DNA of 64,000 nt from Candidatus Cloacimonadota bacterium (lineage in GTDB: Bacteria > Cloacimonadota > Cloacimonadia > Cloacimonadales > TCS61): positions 36 to 64,035 of the forward strand of contig JAIPGP010000007.1 of the NCBI GenBank assembly GCA_021735645.1, in the 5' to 3' direction. The notes under the pieces were generated by a model that was not told the origin of the DNA, did not search any database, and saw only the letters and a program-made list of their open reading frames with translations. The position numbers and the translations under genes were made by a program. How positions within the stretch are numbered: position 1 is the stretch's first letter; each line of letters starts with the position of its first letter. Below are positions 46,242 through 59,300 of this stretch, in pieces.

Positions 46242-49200
46242 TTACTTGATCATCACCATTTTACGGGTCGCTGAATACTGAGAGGTACTAATCGAATAGA
46301 AATAGATGCCACTGGCGACCTGATTTCCATTGTCATTAGTTCCGTCCCAGACGACAGAATATGATCCAGCTTCCCTTGGTTCTCTCACGAGAGCCTTTAT
46401 CTTCTCTCCTCTCAAATTGAAGATATTTAAGGTAACGTAATCCTGAGCAGCTAATTCAAAGCAGATAGTAGTTTCAGGATTAAACGGATTAGGATAGTTT
46501 TGATTAAGGGCATTTACGGGAACAATCTCATGTTCCTCTTCCTCAACTGGATAGAAAACAGCCAGATAAGGTTCAAAGGGAGATCCGATCTTAGAATCAG
46601 CCTGGAATGTAATCATATCAAGACTTGTGTTTTCGATATTGTTTTCATCCAGAAGGCGAATATAGAGAGGATCACCGGCATTATCACCTACAATAGTGAA
46701 ATACCAGAAGCCCTGATCAAGATATTCACTTTCCTGCCAGATACCATGAGCCCGGCAGTTATCATCAGCATCGAAAATTCCCATGGCTCTTCCTTCAGCC
46801 CATTCAAATGTTTCGTCATTATATTCAGCCGATAGCATGAGGATCATGTTATCCGAATTTCCAGGAATAATTTCCCATTCAGCGGGTGAATTATCCGGCA
46901 TAGAAATAGAATAGTTCTGGTTTCTGGTAACAACCGGATAGAGAGGATAAACCAGGACATCCGGGTTTTCCATCTGAATCTTGTAGCCAATACCAGGTGC
47001 CATGGTTTGAAGATCACCAAACCAGATGCCATTACCTACTTCTGGGAAGTATTCAGCTGATTGGGTTTGATTTTTAACGATTTGGACATTATCGAGAATT
47101 GAGAAGAGTGCTGAAGACAAAGAATCTATTTCAGGTGGATAATACGCAATCCAGTTCCAGTCAGCGATCATCTCAATAGGAGTATCAGACATAATGCGGT
47201 TACCAGTTAGCGAGAATCCTGGAGCAGGGTCAGTTACATTCACCAGGTAACCTCCGCCATCGATAATAAACTCTAAATCACCAAACCAGCCATATAAATC
47301 AGGATAGTAGTCAGCAGACTCAGTTTGATATTTTACGGTGTTAACATTATCACCTAAAGGTCCAAATACATATCCCAGGGAATAATCTTCCGGCTGAACA
47401 TAGAAAGAAATCCAGTTCCACATGACATTAAGATCAAGGTATTGAGTAATAGTGTAGGTAATATCAACCAGGAATGTATCAGAGACGGTGGCACGATTGA
47501 CGTTATCATCTGCCGTAACGATTACCTGAGAAACGCCATACCAGTTTATAATCGAAGATATAGAGAGCAATCCATCTGATTCAGTAGCGCTAATTTCCTG
47601 ATCATTGAAATCAACATAGTAGGTTAACATATCTCCATCAACGTCATAGAAATGATCTGAAAGCACAATATCAAATGGAGCGAAATTGATTTCTACATAC
47701 TGATCAGGGATTGGAGTCTGGACTACAGGAGCATCATTAACTGGAATAATCTGGAAATTCACAATATCAGAAGTACTAGCCATGTAAGAATCATAGACAG
47801 TGAAAGTGATATTTTCATCGCCATTCCAATCAGGATATGGAGCAGTTACCGTAGCAAAGTGAGTAACCGGATTGATATCAACATTCAAGTCCACATTTCC
47901 TGAATACTCCCAGATCAGGGTAGGATCGGGATCATCAACATCAGTGATATAATAATTCAGATTAATCGGATTAAAGAGGTTTCCTTCCAGTATCTGCTGG
48001 TCAGGGATGAGGAACTGGAAGAATGGTACATCATTAACAGGATTCACAACAACATTGACAGTGTCATAGACAACAAATCTTGATTCATCGGTCAGTGAGA
48101 AAGTGATAATCTCTGTACCAAACCAGTTCACATCAGCCGAGAAAGTAACAATCGTGCCCACAATGTCAATAATGACATGATTTGCACCTAAGGCATTCAG
48201 TTCCAATTCCTCTGGAGGAGTATCTATATCACAAACACAACCTTCATCAATTAAGTCAATAACCAGGGAAGTATCTTCGTCAAAATCGTACTGGGGAGGT
48301 AGCATTAAAAGAGGTGGATCATTCACTGGAGAAACATTCATAATAAAGATATCAGAGGCTGAAAGACGATTATAACCATCCTCAGCAACAACAGTGATTT
48401 CGGTATTTCCATTCAGGTTAAGAATACTGCTAATCTCGAGCAGATTATCCTGAATATCCAGCATCACGATAGAATCCGCAGCAGTGGCGGAATAAGAGAG
48501 TAAGTCCCCATCGACATCAGCAAAATACAGATTTAGATCAATGGAATACGTCTCAAAATCCTCATCACGGAATTGATCAGAAATGTTGCTAACAAGATAG
48601 GGAGGATCATTTACTCCATTAACTGTTACCAGGAAAGTATCAGTAACAACTAACCTGCAAAGCTGATCTGAGGCAAATATCGTTACTTCTGTGACACCAG
48701 TCCAATCCGGAACTGAATGAATCAGCATTTCTGAGCCATTTAGCATCAGGGCAATATGCAGATTATTAAAGGTAGCATTATAAAACAATTGATCACATTC
48801 AATATCACCAAAGTTTTGAGCCAAATCATAAGAATAAGGTGCAAAATCTTCAGTAAATTCCAGATCATCCAATGGAGTTATAATATATGGAGGATCATTG
48901 ACGGGCATAACGACTACATGGATAGTATCAGTAACAACAGCTCTACCCATCAGGTCATCTGCTGTGATATAAGCATCAAAAGGACCAAACCAGTTTTCAA
49001 CAGCCGTAACGGTCATTATATTGCCAGCAATATTCACAATGCCATTCGGGTCAGAGACCATAGCAGAATATGAAAGTAAATCTCCATCAACATCGAAGAA
49101 CTTTGTATCCAGATCAACAGGGTCTGAGACAGTATCCTCATTAATTATGATATCTTCCAAAGCGGTTAAAACCACAGGAGCATCATTAACCGGATAAACA

Positions 49201-52200
49201 GTAACAACAAACTCATCAGTAACAAAAGCTCTGAGCTGCTGATCATTTGCTGTTACCGAGATAATTGTCTCACCATTCCAGTTATCAATTGAAGTTATTT
49301 CCAGGAGATTTCCGATGACATTAGCAGTAATTTCCGAAGCTGTATAATCAACAGAATATACTAAGCCATTATCATCATCGGCAAAGTATTCATTCAGATT
49401 GATGTATTGATTATCGAAGTCTTCAAAATAGAACCTGTCAGGGAGCGGAACAGCAATATAAGGAGGGTCATTAACAGGATTAACCGTTAACTGGAATTGA
49501 TCAGTAACAGAAAGTCTGTCATGACCGTCATTTGCTGTGACGCTAATATTAGTGAGACCATTCCAGTTAAGCACTGGAGCGATCTCGAGAACTGTACCAT
49601 TCAAAACCACATCGACATTATCTGAATTGAAGTCTATACTATATTCAAGTACAGCATCATCAACATCGGCAAAATAACCAGCGAAATCGATAGTGAAGGG
49701 CTGGAAATCTTCATCTCTGGTAATATCATCAAAATAATTGACGATATATGGCGGATCGTTAACAGGTTCCACAATCACATCAAATACATCAGAAACAAGA
49801 TAACGATAATCATCCTGAGCACTAACCGTAATTGGTGTTGTGCCATACCAGTTTTCTTGAGGAGTAAAATACAAGTTTGGATAAGAAATAGTCACAACAA
49901 TATTTTGAGTTTCATAAGAGGCAGAATACTGCAGAACATCGCCATCTACATCAGCAAAATAATCATTCAAGTTGATAACTTGAGTAGGAGCATCCTCCAG
50001 AATATACTGGTCAGGAATAGGAGTAACTGTAGGTGCATCATTCACAGGATTAACAATCACATTCACATAATCATTAGAGAATTCGGGACCATTGGCATTG
50101 GAAACGATGAAATTGATCATTTCTGAACCATTCCAGTTGGGATAAGCTCCCAAAGTAACATTTAAACCGCTGACATCAACCGTAATCATGCTATTATCTT
50201 CAGCGGTAACTACCAGGTCAAAGCCATCTGGATTACTGATATATGATGCAAAATTAACATCAAGAGTTTCATCTTCATCAAAAGAGAAAGAAGTCGGAAG
50301 AGTGATTGTGAGAGCGTCTGCTTCTGGCAGAACTATAACCGTAACCATATCTTCGGCATTATACTCACCATCGAAAACATTGAAAGTAACAAATTCGGTG
50401 CCATTCCAGTTTTCAAGATTTGAGAAAGTAACCATCAGCCCATCAATATCAATCAAGACATTAGTATTACCATTAGCAGTTAATATAAGTATATCACTAT
50501 CTACATCAGTGATATACTGGTCAAAATCAATTACCAGAATATTATCTTCATAGAACGCGATAGAGTCAGGTAAGGCGATAGTTGGAGGGTCATTTACGGG
50601 CTGAATATTTACCCAGAATGCATCCTGCGCAGTGGCTCTGACGCCATCATCGGCAGTTACAGTTATTTCGACATTACCGGACACGTTGGGCAGGGGAGAA
50701 ATATATAAAGTTCCATAAGAAATATAAGCCTGAATGATATTAGCATCTAATTCAACTGAGAATGACAGAGTATTATCATAATCATAGAAATGTGCATTAA
50801 GATTTATATCGAAAGCAGTAAAATCTTCAAAAACATTATAATCATCTATAGGATCAGACACAAATGGCGGATCATTAACCGGCTGAACAATGATCAGGAA
50901 AGTATCAGAAGCGGGATCATTTAAGGGGACATTGTCAGAAGCATAAACAGTAACCGAGGCATTGCCATTCCAGTTAAAGACAGAATTAACGGTCATTACG
51001 TTTCCAACGATAGAAATACCTATCTGACTGGAATTATAATCTGCCGTGTATGTTAAAAGATCATTTTCCGGATCAGAGAAGTAAGTGCTCAGATCAATAT
51101 CGAAAGGTATAAAATCCTCAAGTTTATTATAATCATCCATAGGTGAAACCAGAACTGGAGGGTCATTAACCGGCATAACTTCAATCGTAAATGTATCAGA
51201 AGCTGTCAACCTCAGACCGAATTCATCCTGAGCAGTTACCGTGACATCAACCAAACCATTCCATTGAGGTACGGAAGAAATTGTCATGATCTCATCAACG
51301 ATATTAATAACGACAGTATTTTGAGTACTCAGAGAAGCTGAAAATGATAATATATCATTATCGACATCAGCAAAATAATCATATAAGTTCAGACTGAAAT
51401 CAGCAAAACCTTCTTCTTTTAACTGATCCGGGATAAACTCATACACATATGGAGGGTCGTTAACAGGGTTAACTATAGCATTAAAAGTATCAGAAATTTC
51501 ACCGTAGGCATCTGCTGCGATAACGGTAATTGGTGAAGTTCCAAACCAGTTCGTAACTGGCTGGAAATAGAGCATATTATCAACGATCCAGGCATTCATT
51601 TGCATATTATTGAATTGAACAGTATAAACCAGAGGGTCATTATCATAGTCATAGAAGAAATTATTCAGGTTTCTGCTGATAGCAGCTGCGTCTTCCTGCA
51701 TAGGAGTATCTGGTAAAGGGGTGATAACAACTGGAGGGTCATTAACTTCCGAGACAGTGATCTGGAAATTATCACTGGTAGTAAAGCGGGTGAAATCATC
51801 ACTTGCTGAAACAACAACGTTGGTGGTGCCTGTCCAGTTTGGCACAGAGTTGATAGTCAATAATGTATCAACAATAGAAATGAGAACATGATCATTATTG
51901 AACTGAACGCTATAAGTAAGGGAAACATTATCAACATCCGTGAAATAATCCAATAAATTGATCTGATAATCTACGAAATCTTCTGTTAAGAAAAGATCGG
52001 GGAATTCAATAATCAATTCAGGAGGATCATTAACAGGATTAACTGTAACATTAACAGTGTCATAAACCGTATATTCCGCATCACTGGCAGAGAAAATTAT
52101 CGTCTCAGTACCAAACCAGTTTGGCTGATTGGTGATAGTAACAAGACCATATCCATCAATAGCTATATTTAGATTGATATTATTTGAGAATCCATATTCT

Positions 52201-53297
52201 AATACATCTCCATCCGGATCAGAAAAAATATAGCCCAGGCTGAGATGTTCATCTGATGTATCCTCATTAAACGAGAAATCAGGAATTGGATTTGCCACAA
52301 CAGGTGGATCATTTACGGAAGTAACTTCCACAGGGACAGTATCTGAAGCAATTGCTCTGGCAGTATTATCATTAATAGTAAATGTGATGTATTCAATTCC
52401 ATTGAATCCGCTCTGGGGGGTGAAAGTTACATTATATCCGGTAATAGAAACCTGAATTTGCTGATTATTAGAATATGACAAGGTCAGGATAGTATTATCG
52501 ACATCAAATATATATTCTGTGAAATCAACCTGATAGACAGTATCTTCCTGGAAGGAGAAACCTTCATCCGGTAAGTTAATAGTCGGTGGATCATTCACCG
52601 GCTGTACTTGGATTTCCACAAGAGCATTTGAAGTTTCATAATCACCATCGGTAGCATAATATTCAAAGAAATCATTACCGAAATAATTTAGATTCGGCTG
52701 ATAAGTAAAAGAGCCGTCATCATTGAAGTTAAGCACGCCATTATCGACATCAGCAGCAAGTACGACCCAGAATTCGTCCAGATAATCCAAGTTAATATAA
52801 TCATTGATAAGCACTCCAGATTCCGTAGAGATATAAAGGAGTGAATCTTCATAAGCGCCATACATATCATCAATGACATATGGTATGGTAAGCAGGAAAG
52901 TATCATCATAAGAGCCAATAACAATATTATCGACAAACATTGAACTTTCCCGGCAATCCAGAACCTGATCACCTGCCGCATCATAGATTTTGTAAGTAAT
53001 GATTTCATTATCTCCGGGTTCAGCATTGCTGACGATAGTCATGTACCAGAGCTGGTACTGGTTATATTCATTCCAAAAGGCAATAGCCCGGCAATCACTT
53101 TCACCACCAGGACCAAAGGCAGCAACGATATTTTCCGGATTTGAGTTTGTGAAATACTGAGCCATGAAATCAACTTGAGAATAGACCTGCATGCTATACT
53201 GAGTTCCAGGAATTACCTCCCATTCTGGAGCTACAGCAGCTAAACTCACAAACAAGACCAAAAAAACGACTAAACCAACGCATTTTAACATTTTCAT
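46242..53297 (-). CDS. giant surface protein: N-terminal shared module, ~18 tandem-95/cadherin-like repeats, duplicated NWNWI domain, C-terminal shared module, T9SS C-terminal sorting domain
   Basis: 2351-aa ORF with a signal peptide. There are about 18 VNDPP/VNDAP repeat boundaries. The C-terminus NYPNPFNPETTICF..LNIFNLRGEKI..GIYFYSIS..KMVMIK is a CTD. Confidence 0.8.
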   Translation of the reverse strand: MKMLKCVGLVVFLVLFVSLAAVAPEWEVIPGTQYSMQVYSQVDFMAQYFTNSNPENIVAAFGPGGESDCRAIAFWNEYNQYQLWYMTIVSNAEPGDNEIITYKIYDAAGDQVLDCRESSMFVDNIVIGSYDDTFLLTIPYVIDDMYGAYEDSLLYISTESGVLINDYINLDYLDEFWVVLAADVDNGVLNFNDDGSFTYQPNLNYFGNDFFEYYATDGDYETSNALVEIQVQPVNDPPTINLPDEGFSFQEDTVYQVDFTEYIFDVDNTILTLSYSNNQQIQVSITGYNVTFTPQSGFNGIEYITFTINDNTARAIASDTVPVEVTSVNDPPVVANPIPDFSFNEDTSDEHLSLGYIFSDPDGDVLEYGFSNNINLNIAIDGYGLVTITNQPNWFGTETIIFSASDAEYTVYDTVNVTVNPVNDPPELIIEFPDLFLTEDFVDYQINLLDYFTDVDNVSLTYSVQFNNDHVLISIVDTLLTINSVPNWTGTTNVVVSASDDFTRFTTSDNFQITVSEVNDPPVVITPLPDTPMQEDAAAISRNLNNFFYDYDNDPLVYTVQFNNMQMNAWIVDNMLYFQPVTNWFGTSPITVIAADAYGEISDTFNAIVNPVNDPPYVYEFIPDQLKEEGFADFSLNLYDYFADVDNDILSFSASLSTQNTVVINIVDEIMTISSVPQWNGLVDVTVTAQDEFGLRLTASDTFTIEVMPVNDPPVLVSPMDDYNKLEDFIPFDIDLSTYFSDPENDLLTYTADYNSSQIGISIVGNVMTVNSVFNWNGNASVTVYASDNVPLNDPASDTFLIIVQPVNDPPFVSDPIDDYNVFEDFTAFDINLNAHFYDYDNTLSFSVELDANIIQAYISYGTLYISPLPNVSGNVEITVTADDGVRATAQDAFWVNIQPVNDPPTIALPDSIAFYEDNILVIDFDQYITDVDSDILILTANGNTNVLIDIDGLMVTFSNLENWNGTEFVTFNVFDGEYNAEDMVTVIVLPEADALTITLPTSFSFDEDETLDVNFASYISNPDGFDLVVTAEDNSMITVDVSGLNVTLGAYPNWNGSEMINFIVSNANGPEFSNDYVNVIVNPVNDAPTVTPIPDQYILEDAPTQVINLNDYFADVDGDVLQYSASYETQNIVVTISYPNLYFTPQENWYGTTPITVSAQDDYRYLVSDVFDVIVEPVNDPPYIVNYFDDITRDEDFQPFTIDFAGYFADVDDAVLEYSIDFNSDNVDVVLNGTVLEIAPVLNWNGLTNISVTANDGHDRLSVTDQFQLTVNPVNDPPYIAVPLPDRFYFEDFDNQYINLNEYFADDDNGLVYSVDYTASEITANVIGNLLEITSIDNWNGETIISVTANDQQLRAFVTDEFVVTVYPVNDAPVVLTALEDIIINEDTVSDPVDLDTKFFDVDGDLLSYSAMVSDPNGIVNIAGNIMTVTAVENWFGPFDAYITADDLMGRAVVTDTIHVVVMPVNDPPYIITPLDDLEFTEDFAPYSYDLAQNFGDIECDQLFYNATFNNLHIALMLNGSEMLIHSVPDWTGVTEVTIFASDQLCRLVVTDTFLVTVNGVNDPPYLVSNISDQFRDEDFETYSIDLNLYFADVDGDLLSYSATAADSIVMLDIQDNLLEISSILNLNGNTEITVVAEDGYNRLSASDIFIMNVSPVNDPPLLMLPPQYDFDEDTSLVIDLIDEGCVCDIDTPPEELELNALGANHVIIDIVGTIVTFSADVNWFGTEIITFSLTDESRFVVYDTVNVVVNPVNDVPFFQFLIPDQQILEGNLFNPINLNYYITDVDDPDPTLIWEYSGNVDLNVDINPVTHFATVTAPYPDWNGDENITFTVYDSYMASTSDIVNFQIIPVNDAPVVQTPIPDQYVEINFAPFDIVLSDHFYDVDGDMLTYYVDFNDQEISATESDGLLSISSIINWYGVSQVIVTADDNVNRATVSDTFLVDITYTITQYLDLNVMWNWISFYVQPEDYSLGYVFGPLGDNVNTVKYQTESADYYPDLYGWFGDLEFIIDGGGYLVNVTDPAPGFSLTGNRIMSDTPIEMIADWNWIAYYPPEIDSLSSALFSILDNVQIVKNQTQSAEYFPEVGNGIWFGDLQTMAPGIGYKIQMENPDVLVYPLYPVVTRNQNYSISMPDNSPAEWEIIPGNSDNMILMLSAEYNDETFEWAEGRAMGIFDADDNCRAHGIWQESEYLDQGFWYFTIVGDNAGDPLYIRLLDENNIENTSLDMITFQADSKIGSPFEPYLAVFYPVEEEEHEIVPVNALNQNYPNPFNPETTICFELAAQDYVTLNIFNLRGEKIKALVREPREAGSYSVVWDGTNDNGNQVASGIYFYSISTSQYSATRKMVMIK

Positions 53298-53334
53298 TTC
53301 AATAAACCCCCTCGATTGAGTTAATTTTCATCAA

Positions 53335-53361
53335 GCTGATAGCCCTGTATGGGCTATCAGC
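53335..53361 (-). terminator. GC-rich hairpin between giant genes (attenuator-like, no U-tract)
   Basis: GCTGATAGCCC-tgtat-GGGCTATCAGC lies 12 nt after the stop at 53373. The SD (GAGGGGG) and start of the next gene follow it. Confidence 0.3.
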
Positions 53362-53372
53362 CAATAATATTA

Positions 53373-56300
53373 TTATTTTATGATGATCAATTTACGATGC
53401 AATGAAGTACCAGCCGATTTAAGGTGATAGAAATATAGACCAGCAGCAACTGAATTTCCCTTGCTGTCAGTTCCATCCCATTCAGCCACATGGAAACCAG
53501 CATCTTGAACTTCATTAACAATATCACACACTTTTTGTCCCTTAATGTTATAAAGAGACAATACTATTTGACCTGTAACGGGTAAACCATACCTGAAACT
53601 GGTACAGTAATCTCTATCCCCAGTTTTCAGACTAAACGGATTAGGATAGTTTTGATTTAGAATATAACTGTCTGGCACATCCAGGTCTTCACCACCTTCA
53701 GTAATATTGAATTCAATTGAGAGCAGATTATAAGGATTACCTAACTTAGTATCAGCATTAAAAATCAGCTCATATTCACTAATATGTTCAAAACCTTCAG
53801 AGTCATAATAAACAAAGTGAAGTGGTTCATTTTCTATATTACCTACAATAGTGAAGTACCAGAAACCATAATTCAGTTGCGGCACAAATTGCCAGTATCC
53901 ATTGCTTCGACAATTACCATTAATATCAAATACAGCACAGGAGACATCATTCAATGGCATAATATTACCAGAAGGGGTTGTCATCTGAGCCATAGCGATC
54001 ATGTTATCTTCCGTACCGGGCATAATCTCCCAGCGTAAAGAAGAATTCTGAATTTTGAATTTTGAATTTTGAGAGCTTCCATCCTGTGCATTTCGAGTCA
54101 CCAGTGCAGGATATATGAGCTCATCGGATTGGGTTAATTTTACTTTATAACCTACTCCGGGCTGCATAGTATCAAGGTCACCGAGCCAGAGATCCCAATC
54201 TGGATAGTAATCGGCAGAATGCTGTTGATCTTTCACGGTTTCCACATTATCCAGAATTGAAGCAAGTGCATTACTTAAGCTGTCTGGTGAATGCGGATAA
54301 TACGCTATCCAGTTCCAGTCCTCTAACATCTCAATTGGAGTGGAAGCAGGTATAACAGAGCCGTTTACAACGAATTCCTGGAATCCCTGGTTCATTTGAA
54401 CCAGATATCCCTCTCCATCAGTTACATAATCCAGATCACCCATCCAATCATTATATTCAGGAATGTACAGGGAAGATTGGGTCTGGTTTTTAACTACGTT
54501 AACATTATCACTTAAAGGATCAAAGACTCCATTTAAACTTGTATCTTCCGGATGAACATTAAATGAAATCCAGTTCCAGTTTTCAATCAGGTCAAATACC
54601 TGCATACCGCCCATAGCTACATAAACCATAAAAGTATCACTAACTGCAGAACGATATATACCATCTTCAGCAGTTACCACAACTTCGGTTTCACCATACC
54701 AGTTAAGAACAGAAGAAATTGTCAGTAATTCCTGGTTGATCAATGCTGAAATCTGGAGAGGCTCGTAATCTACCATATAGGTTAATTCATTATCCACATC
54801 CTGGAAGTAATCACTAAGATTGACATCGAATGGATCGAAATCTTCTATAAGATAATAATCGGGTATCTCCTGAACTAGCACGGGATCATCGTTAACTGAA
54901 TTTACAATAACATTCACGCTATCAGTAGCTGTTAACCTTGTTTGCATATCATCTACAGTGAAATAGATAACTTCATTTCCATACCAGTTTTCCGGTGCTG
55001 AGAAAGTTACTACCAGTTGATCAATAACAATATTGATATTCACATTGCCATCTACATACAGCTGTAATTCCGGTGAATCAACATCGGAAATGTATGATGC
55101 AAAGTCTTCGATCAATTGCTCATCTTCATTAAAAGTGAAGAAATCTGGTAAAACAATCTCTGGTGGATCATTAACATTTATTACTTCGATAGTAACTGTA
55201 ACTGCTGGTGAATTGACATCACCATCATAAGCCATATACTCAAAATAGTCAAAGCCGACAAAGCCTGGGTCTGGAGCATAAATAAACGCACCAGAAGCCT
55301 GCAGACTAAGAGTTCCATTAGTTACGTCACCATTCGGTGCTAATACAGCAGTGAGAAGTAAAGGATAATTATCATCAGTATCATTAGCAAGAACTCCCAT
55401 ATCAGTATTAATAATCAGGATACTATCTTCTAATACAGTATAAGCATCAGGTAAAGCAACAGGAGTCAGATTTCCATAGGAAGCTACGCTAACTACGGTA
55501 CTGTCACGATTGCTTGCACCTTGATTATCTGTAACGGTTAAAGTAACTGGAGTCGTGCCAGCTGGGAATGAAGCTGCTACTATTTCACCTTCAGCAGTTT
55601 CTCTATTTCTATCTCTGGAAGTAGTGCCGGAATCCCAGCTCCATAGCCAGGATACAATTTCACCATCCAGATCATAAGATCCGCTGCCATCAAGAGTGAT
55701 TATGGCTGTATCTGTGGTATCAGCAACTCCATTATAAGTACCACCAGCATCAGCTACAGGATTATCATTAACTGAGTTAATTATGATATCTGCATAAGTG
55801 ATCCCGGAATAAGTCTCCCCGTCAAAGGCAGTGTAACTGAATTGGTCAGTACCAAAATAGTTTAGCTGAGGAATATACTCAAATGAGCCATCAGAATTCA
55901 GACTAACCAGACCATGCAGAGTGCCGTCTATTAATACTGCTGTCAATGTTTCAGGATAATCGTCATCAGTATCATTAGCAAGAACTCCCAGATCAGCGGA
56001 AATAGTTAATATGACATCTTCATCTGTTTCGTATTGATCAGATACAGATACAGGTAACTGATTATTATAAGAAGCGACTCCTACTAAGGCTGTATCTGTG
56101 TCAATTGCCCCTTCAGAATCAGTTACAGTAAGAGTAACGATAGTAGTGTTAACCGGGAAACTAATTGTAACAATTTCGCCTTCGGCTGAACCATCTGACC
56201 ATGACCACTGATAACTGACAATCGAGTTTTCCACATCATAACTTCCGGAGGCGTCTAAAGTGATCAGAGCAGTGTCAGATTGATCTGCCTGGCCATTGTA

Positions 56301-59300
56301 TGGACCTCCAGCATCCGCAACCGGTTCATCGTTGATGGAATTAATCGTGATCACTACTTGAGTAAGTGGTGATAAAGTCTGTCCATCATAAGCTGCATAA
56401 GTGAAAGTATCTGTTCCATTGAAATTGCTTTCAGGAGTATAGATAAAGGAACCATCAGAATTCAGTATCAAGGTTCCATTTGCTGGATCATCAAGCAGAA
56501 CTGCCTGCAGAGCTTCGGGGAAATCGTCATCAGTATCATTTGCCAAAACTCCCATTTCGGCATCTACATTCAGGATATCATCCTCATTTGTCTCATAAGC
56601 ATCATTAATTGCAACAGGTATTTGATTATTATACTGAGCAACTCCCACCAGGGCAGTGTCTGTATCCGAATCTCCACTATCATCTACTACTGTCAAAGTA
56701 ACAATCGTAGTACCAACCGGGAATACCGCTTCCAGGATCATACCTGTAGCGATATTGTTTCCACCCCAGGTCCACTGGTAAAGGACGATAGAGCCATCAA
56801 GATCATAACTTGAGCTGGCATCGATAGTTACTGTGGCATAACCATTATTATCTGCCGTTGTCTGATAAGGACCTCCAGCGTCAGCAACTGGTAGATCATT
56901 GACGGATTCAACGTTGATAGTTACTAATACTACATTAGAGAAGGTTTGACCATCATACAGGTAGTAGGCAAATTGATCAACGCCATTAAAATTGGTGTCA
57001 GGAATGTAAGTGAAAGCTCCATCCCAACCATCTACATCGTAGATCAAAGTACCATTTGAAGTACTATCCGCTAAAACAGCCACTAACCTTCCCGGGTAAC
57101 CATCGTCAGTATCGTTAATCATGATACCCATTGATGTGCTAACAACCAGACTTTGATCCTCCATTGTATAGAAAGAATCCGCAACGGCTATAGGAGCGAT
57201 ATTAATATAATCAGAAATTCCCACAGGGCTGGAATCTGTATCAGTGGCACCATTATTATCAGTAACTGTAAGATACACAATAGTTGGGCCAAATGGGAAT
57301 ATTCCAGTTGCCGTAACTCCTGAAGCTGTGATGGTATCATTCCAGGTCCACAGATAAGAGATTATCTCTCCATCCAGATCATAAGAACCAGATCCGTCCA
57401 GGGTGATTTCTGCAAACCCGGAAACATCTATTTGCCCGGAATAGGGACCATTTGCATCTGCAACAGGCGGGTCATTTACTGGAATAATATTTATAAGAAC
57501 TAATGCTTCTTCAGAATAATCGATCCCATCGTAAGCCATATATCGGAATCTATCCTGACCAGAGTAGTTTTGCACTGGAGTATATATGAATGAACCATCA
57601 GCATTGAATTCAAGGCTACCATGTATCACATTATCTGTAAGTACAGCACTAAGTGAATCTGGCCAGCCACCCGGGACAGTATCAATGTCATTAATCAATA
57701 CTCCATTAACTGTGGTAACAAGTAATTGATTATCTTCATCAATTTCATAATTATCACCAATTGCTACAGGGGGTTCATTTTCCATGGAGATAACTTCAAC
57801 AGTAAATTCCGAGGAACCAATTCCACCGTCATCATCTGTTACAACAAGAGTTACAGTTTGGAGACCTACTTCAAAGGCATAAGTAAATAGCTCTGCCTCA
57901 GAAATTACATTACTGTTAAATATCCACTGGTAAGAAACAATCTCTCCATCAAAGTCATAAGAACCGGAACCATCCAGCGTCACGTCTGCCAGGCCAGTTA
58001 AATCTGCCTGAGCAATATAAGGTCCTCCAGGAACAGCTACAGGTAACATATTAGTATAGGCATTTATGGTTAGATAAAGAGTATCACCTGGAGCTGAATA
58101 TGTATATTCATGAACATAGCACATGAAATCAGCACTTTCATCCCATACTGCGAAATAAATGACCTCAGGGTAATCACCCAAAATATTAAAGGTGGTAAGT
58201 CCCAGAGAGCCATTGTATGTAACTTCGCCTTCACCTCGAGGAATTCCATTCAAGTCAAATGCCCCAACCATATCACCAGTAGCCGCAGGCAGGTCATCAA
58301 TAAAGACAGTGCAAACAGCAGTAGTGAAATCATCCCAGATGTTTGGATTTATATACCAGGGATAATCTGGCAGATTGGGTCTGGGATATCGAGTAGCTGC
58401 TATTGGTAATTCATCAGGCGGGTAACCAATATCAAAACCAGGATTTGTATATGTGCTAAAAGCTACGCTAAGCACTTCATCTGCACTGGCATCCCAAACA
58501 GCAAAGCGAACCAATTCTACCACTTCTCCCTGAATGTTCATAGTTACATGAGCACTGATTTCGCGTTGTCTGCCATCATCAATATGATATACACTGGCAA
58601 CAGCTCTACACTGATTACCCACAAAAGCAGCCACTTCATCACCTACAGCTGCCGGCTCTTCGTCTATTGTCACAATACCATAAGCTACTGTACTATTTGA
58701 ATAAGTAACAACCTCCCAAGGTCTTGGGAAGATGTGTGGAGGTTGAGCCTGAGCACCCACAGTTACAATTGCTTCATCCGAATCAGTCGCTCCGGCATTA
58801 TCTGTAACCGTAAGATCAACATTATATATCCCAATTGGGAATACAACGGTCACCATTTCACCAATTGCAGAAAGTCTGGATCTGGCAAATGAAGAAGCAT
58901 TGATCTGCAATTCATTGGGCGGATAACCTATGTCTCCCCCAGGATCTGTCATATAGGTATTGCCTACAGAGTAAACCTGGTCATTACTGTAATCCCAAAC
59001 GGCAAACTGAACCTGCTCTACTGCTTCACCTTGAATATTAAGAGTAACTCGGGAAATTAAGTCTCTCGTGTTTTTGGATCTGACTCTTCTACTTGTATCA
59101 AGAGTGACATTTGCGACACCACGACATTCATTACCTACAAAGGCAGCAACCTGATCGCCAGCACCTGCCGGTTCACCATCTATTGTGACTATTCCATAAG
59201 CTATTGTGCTATTAGTGTATACTACAGGAGTCCACGGTCTTGGGAATATAACGACACCGCCGCCCTCCCAGTTCCAGTAATAGCTCACAATATCACCGTC

